From Candidatus Bathyarchaeota archaeon (lineage in GTDB: Archaea; Thermoproteota; Bathyarchaeia; Bathyarchaeales; Bathycorpusculaceae): DNA of 64,000 nt. The stretch is taken from NCBI GenBank assembly GCA_963828195.1, contig CAWHDT010000008.1:136844-200843 (forward strand), read 5' to 3'. Within the stretch, counting starts at the first letter, position 1; each line of letters starts with the position of its first letter. This document shows positions 61,725-64,000 of this stretch, piece by piece. A model generated the notes under the pieces. It searched no databases. It was not told the DNA's origin and saw nothing but the letters and a program-made list of their open reading frames with translations. The position numbers and the translations under genes are program-made.

Positions 61725-62354
61725 TCGGAAAAAAACTACTCAACCATCCTAAGAGCCACAAATCCGCTTAGCATCAGGAGTTTAATTTATTATCAGCTTG
61801 AACGGACCGCTCCTAAAGGAAAAGAACTCCGTTACTACGCACTAACCTTCAGCGGCTTAACCATGTACCTTAGCAAGAAAATAACCCTCAACGAAATAAG
61901 AGCGGTTGCAAAAGCGCATGAGGATAGGCTCTTGGTTTTTAAGAAATGGGACAAGTTTGTCACTGCAGGATGCGAGGAAGAAATCTTTTTGTAGTTAAGG
62001 AACGCATTAAGATTTGAGCGGCAACGAGACATAATTCAATACAGCATCGATTTCTTAATTTCGTTTGGACGAGTTCCGGAAAAGGAACCTGAAAGTAGTC
62101 CGCTGGATTTTTTTGATTCAGCCGTTTTAGGCTTAATTTTTATGGACCAGCCAATTGAGTATGTGAAGGAAAGCCTGCCTGAACAATGGAAAGTGTTGCA
62201 GAAGATTTGGCCAGTAATAGAGAAAGATTATGAGCTAAGAAAGAAACGTGACGAGTTCTTGAGCTATTTGGAAAGAGAGCATGATGAAGGTCTCAAAGCT
62301 GTTGCAGAATGGCAAAAATACATAAAGCAAGAAAAAACCAATCCAGACAAATAA
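61668..62354 (+). pseudogene. Remnant of a wHTH-containing gene, in frame with trpA, with two internal stops
   Basis: [30 protein letters not shown]...GKELRYYALTFSGL...IFL*LRN...MDQPIE; stops at 61722 and 61992. Confidence 0.65.
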
Positions 62355-63242
62355 TCCGTATGACGGCAATTCCGCCGAAGAAAATCATGAAGCTTTTTTG
62401 AGAGCTTCATTTAGCGGTTTTTAGTGGTTTTCCCCTATTTTCAGCGAGAAAAGGACAAAGTAGAATGCAACGATTCTTTCATGTAATTTGAAGACCCTTG
62501 GTTTCTGAGAAAAGCTCACAAGCAGATGGGACAATTTTTTTATTTCAAGGGAGCAACACCCTGCTTAGTGCAAAAAGGTGCAAAAGTTCTGTAACGATTT
62601 TTTAGAAGATGGTTCTTCAGCTATTTTCAAAAAAATTTAGGGTCAAGGGTTGTGGTTGCTGAGAAAATCTGCTTGGTTGTTCTGTAGACTTTTCATCGAG
62701 CACTTGATTAATAGAGTCTTCTTAAAATTGTGGGCGAACTAAGTTTTAAAATAAGCAATTATCAACGTGGTGTCTTCACCCATGTGACAGTTCCCTAAGG
62801 TAGCTTTTCTCGGTCAAGAGGCGTCATAATGAAGTTTTACGCAAAAAAAACGGAGAAAAAAGAGACCTACTCAATATCAGCATTTCACCATAAAGGGCCT
62901 CTCCTTTCTTCGCTTGTGAAGGGCTTGAAAATGAGCTGAAATGCGCTGAAAAAAGAAGACCCTTAGCTCTTATTATTTGATGTCTACAAATTGCTTGATC
63001 TGACGCTATTGATTTTCTGAGAAGCTAGCTTGAAGCATCTCTATATTAGGTCTTCGAACATGTTGTCGGATTCTTCTGTTAGCGGTTATCCCGGCATTCC
63101 CGGCTCATGCCCTATAACTAATCATAGATCGCACATACTTTGATGCAGGATTCCATTTCTTTGGAAAGTCTTAACTATTTACTTCGCCCATATGCTACGG
63201 GTTTCCAGTTATAATGAATCCCGTCTGTGGGAGTTGAGATGA

Positions 63243-64000
63243 GTGCCTGTTGAAATCAGCTTAGAAATGTACGCTGAAAAGCCTGTCGTGTTGCCCTTTT
63301 TTACGGGGCATATTGCTAGGGGTTTGTTGTTGCATTTTGTTAGGCTGGTTGATCCTTCCGCTTCGGGGTTGCTGCATGAGCTGAATGTGTCTAAGCCGTA
63401 CAGTGTGACGCCTTTACGTTTTAGAAGCAGCAGCCGCAATGAGGAGGGGTATGTTTTGGAACCCCAATTTCCCTGCAAAGTCGGTTTCAGGTTTTTGAAA
63501 GACGAGTACTCAACTTATCTGCTTAACTTCTTTCAGAAACAGAATACTGCCTTAATTTTTGACACCACTTTCCAGATTGCCTCAATGAGCATAAACTGCA
63601 AGACCTATGCCGATTTGGAAAAGGAAGCACAAGCGGTTAATGAGCTTACGCTGGATTTTAGAACGCCCACATATCTGGCGAATCTAAACAGCAATTACCA
63701 CTGGATGTTTCCTGACCCTGTAAAAGTGTTCTGTAGTTTGATGCGGTGCTGGAACCAGTTCAGCGACGAACGGCGCTTCACAAAAGAAGAATACGTTGCC
63801 TACAAGGACTGGCTGGGTAAAAACGTGGGCGTGAGCAGATACGAGTTGCAGACACGGCTGGCAGTCATGCGAAACAAGAAAGTCACAGGCTTCTCAGGCA
63901 CCATCACCTACGAGTTAGGCGACAAAGAAAACCCCTATAACAAAACCACCCACATGCTTGCACACTACGCAGAATACGCCAACATAGGCGGAAACAAAAC
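63243..64000 (+). CDS. cas6: CRISPR-associated endoribonuclease Cas6 (partial, runs off the window edge; not in the ORF track)
   Basis: GTG 63243: MPVEISLEM...GHIARGLLL...KPYSVTPL...LDFRTPT...FPDPVKVF.SL...W...GFSGTITY...AEYANIGGNK, ending at the start of the Gly-rich loop. Confidence 0.88.
   Translation, partial: MPVEISLEMYAEKPVVLPFFTGHIARGLLLHFVRLVDPSASGLLHELNVSKPYSVTPLRFRSSSRNEEGYVLEPQFPCKVGFRFLKDEYSTYLLNFFQKQNTALIFDTTFQIASMSINCKTYADLEKEAQAVNELTLDFRTPTYLANLNSNYHWMFPDPVKVFCSLMRCWNQFSDERRFTKEEYVAYKDWLGKNVGVSRYELQTRLAVMRNKKVTGFSGTITYELGDKENPYNKTTHMLAHYAEYANIGGNK

Noticed and set aside
62400-63200. Possible decayed PIN/TA remnant on the minus strand (DTTLIIAYF-like fragment near 62770)
   Set aside because: Too many stops and frame breaks to support a call by eye.
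63209-63478. 89-aa minus-strand ORF from the track
   Set aside because: It is the antisense shadow of cas6.

Overview
Archaeal genomic DNA, most consistent with a TACK lineage such as Bathyarchaeia (inference from mch, archaeal pheS/pheT/trpS/map, DUF1512, an unlinked 5S rRNA and PEF-CTERM surface proteins). Housekeeping and metabolic genes include amt, pheST, trpS, map, mch, a CitG-family gene, katG, cutA, a trpEGDCBA operon lacking trpF, a 5S rRNA, tRNA-Ile(GAU) and tRNA-Arg(UCG). Accessory content includes a type IIG restriction-modification gene, three vapBC-like toxin-antitoxin pairs (two look disabled) and the start of a cas6 gene at the right edge. Main observations: (1) a complete 3841-bp IS6-like cargo transposon (23386-27226) with perfect 20-bp terminal inverted repeats and an 8-bp target duplication, carrying a central SWIM/Zn-ribbon DDE transposase, a divergent AbrB-type regulator and a PD-(D/E)XK nuclease; (2) trpE has no in-frame start codon, and its ATG opens a 16-codon frame that joins trpE by a +1 shift at CTT-TGG-C, which is either Trp-sensing frameshifting or a homopolymer error; (3) three paralogous pol-beta-type nucleotidyltransferases beside citG and mch; (4) a 10-bp-periodic repeat array near the 5S rRNA gene. 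Several single-base indels in homopolymers suggest possible assembly errors, so frameshift claims need read-level checks.
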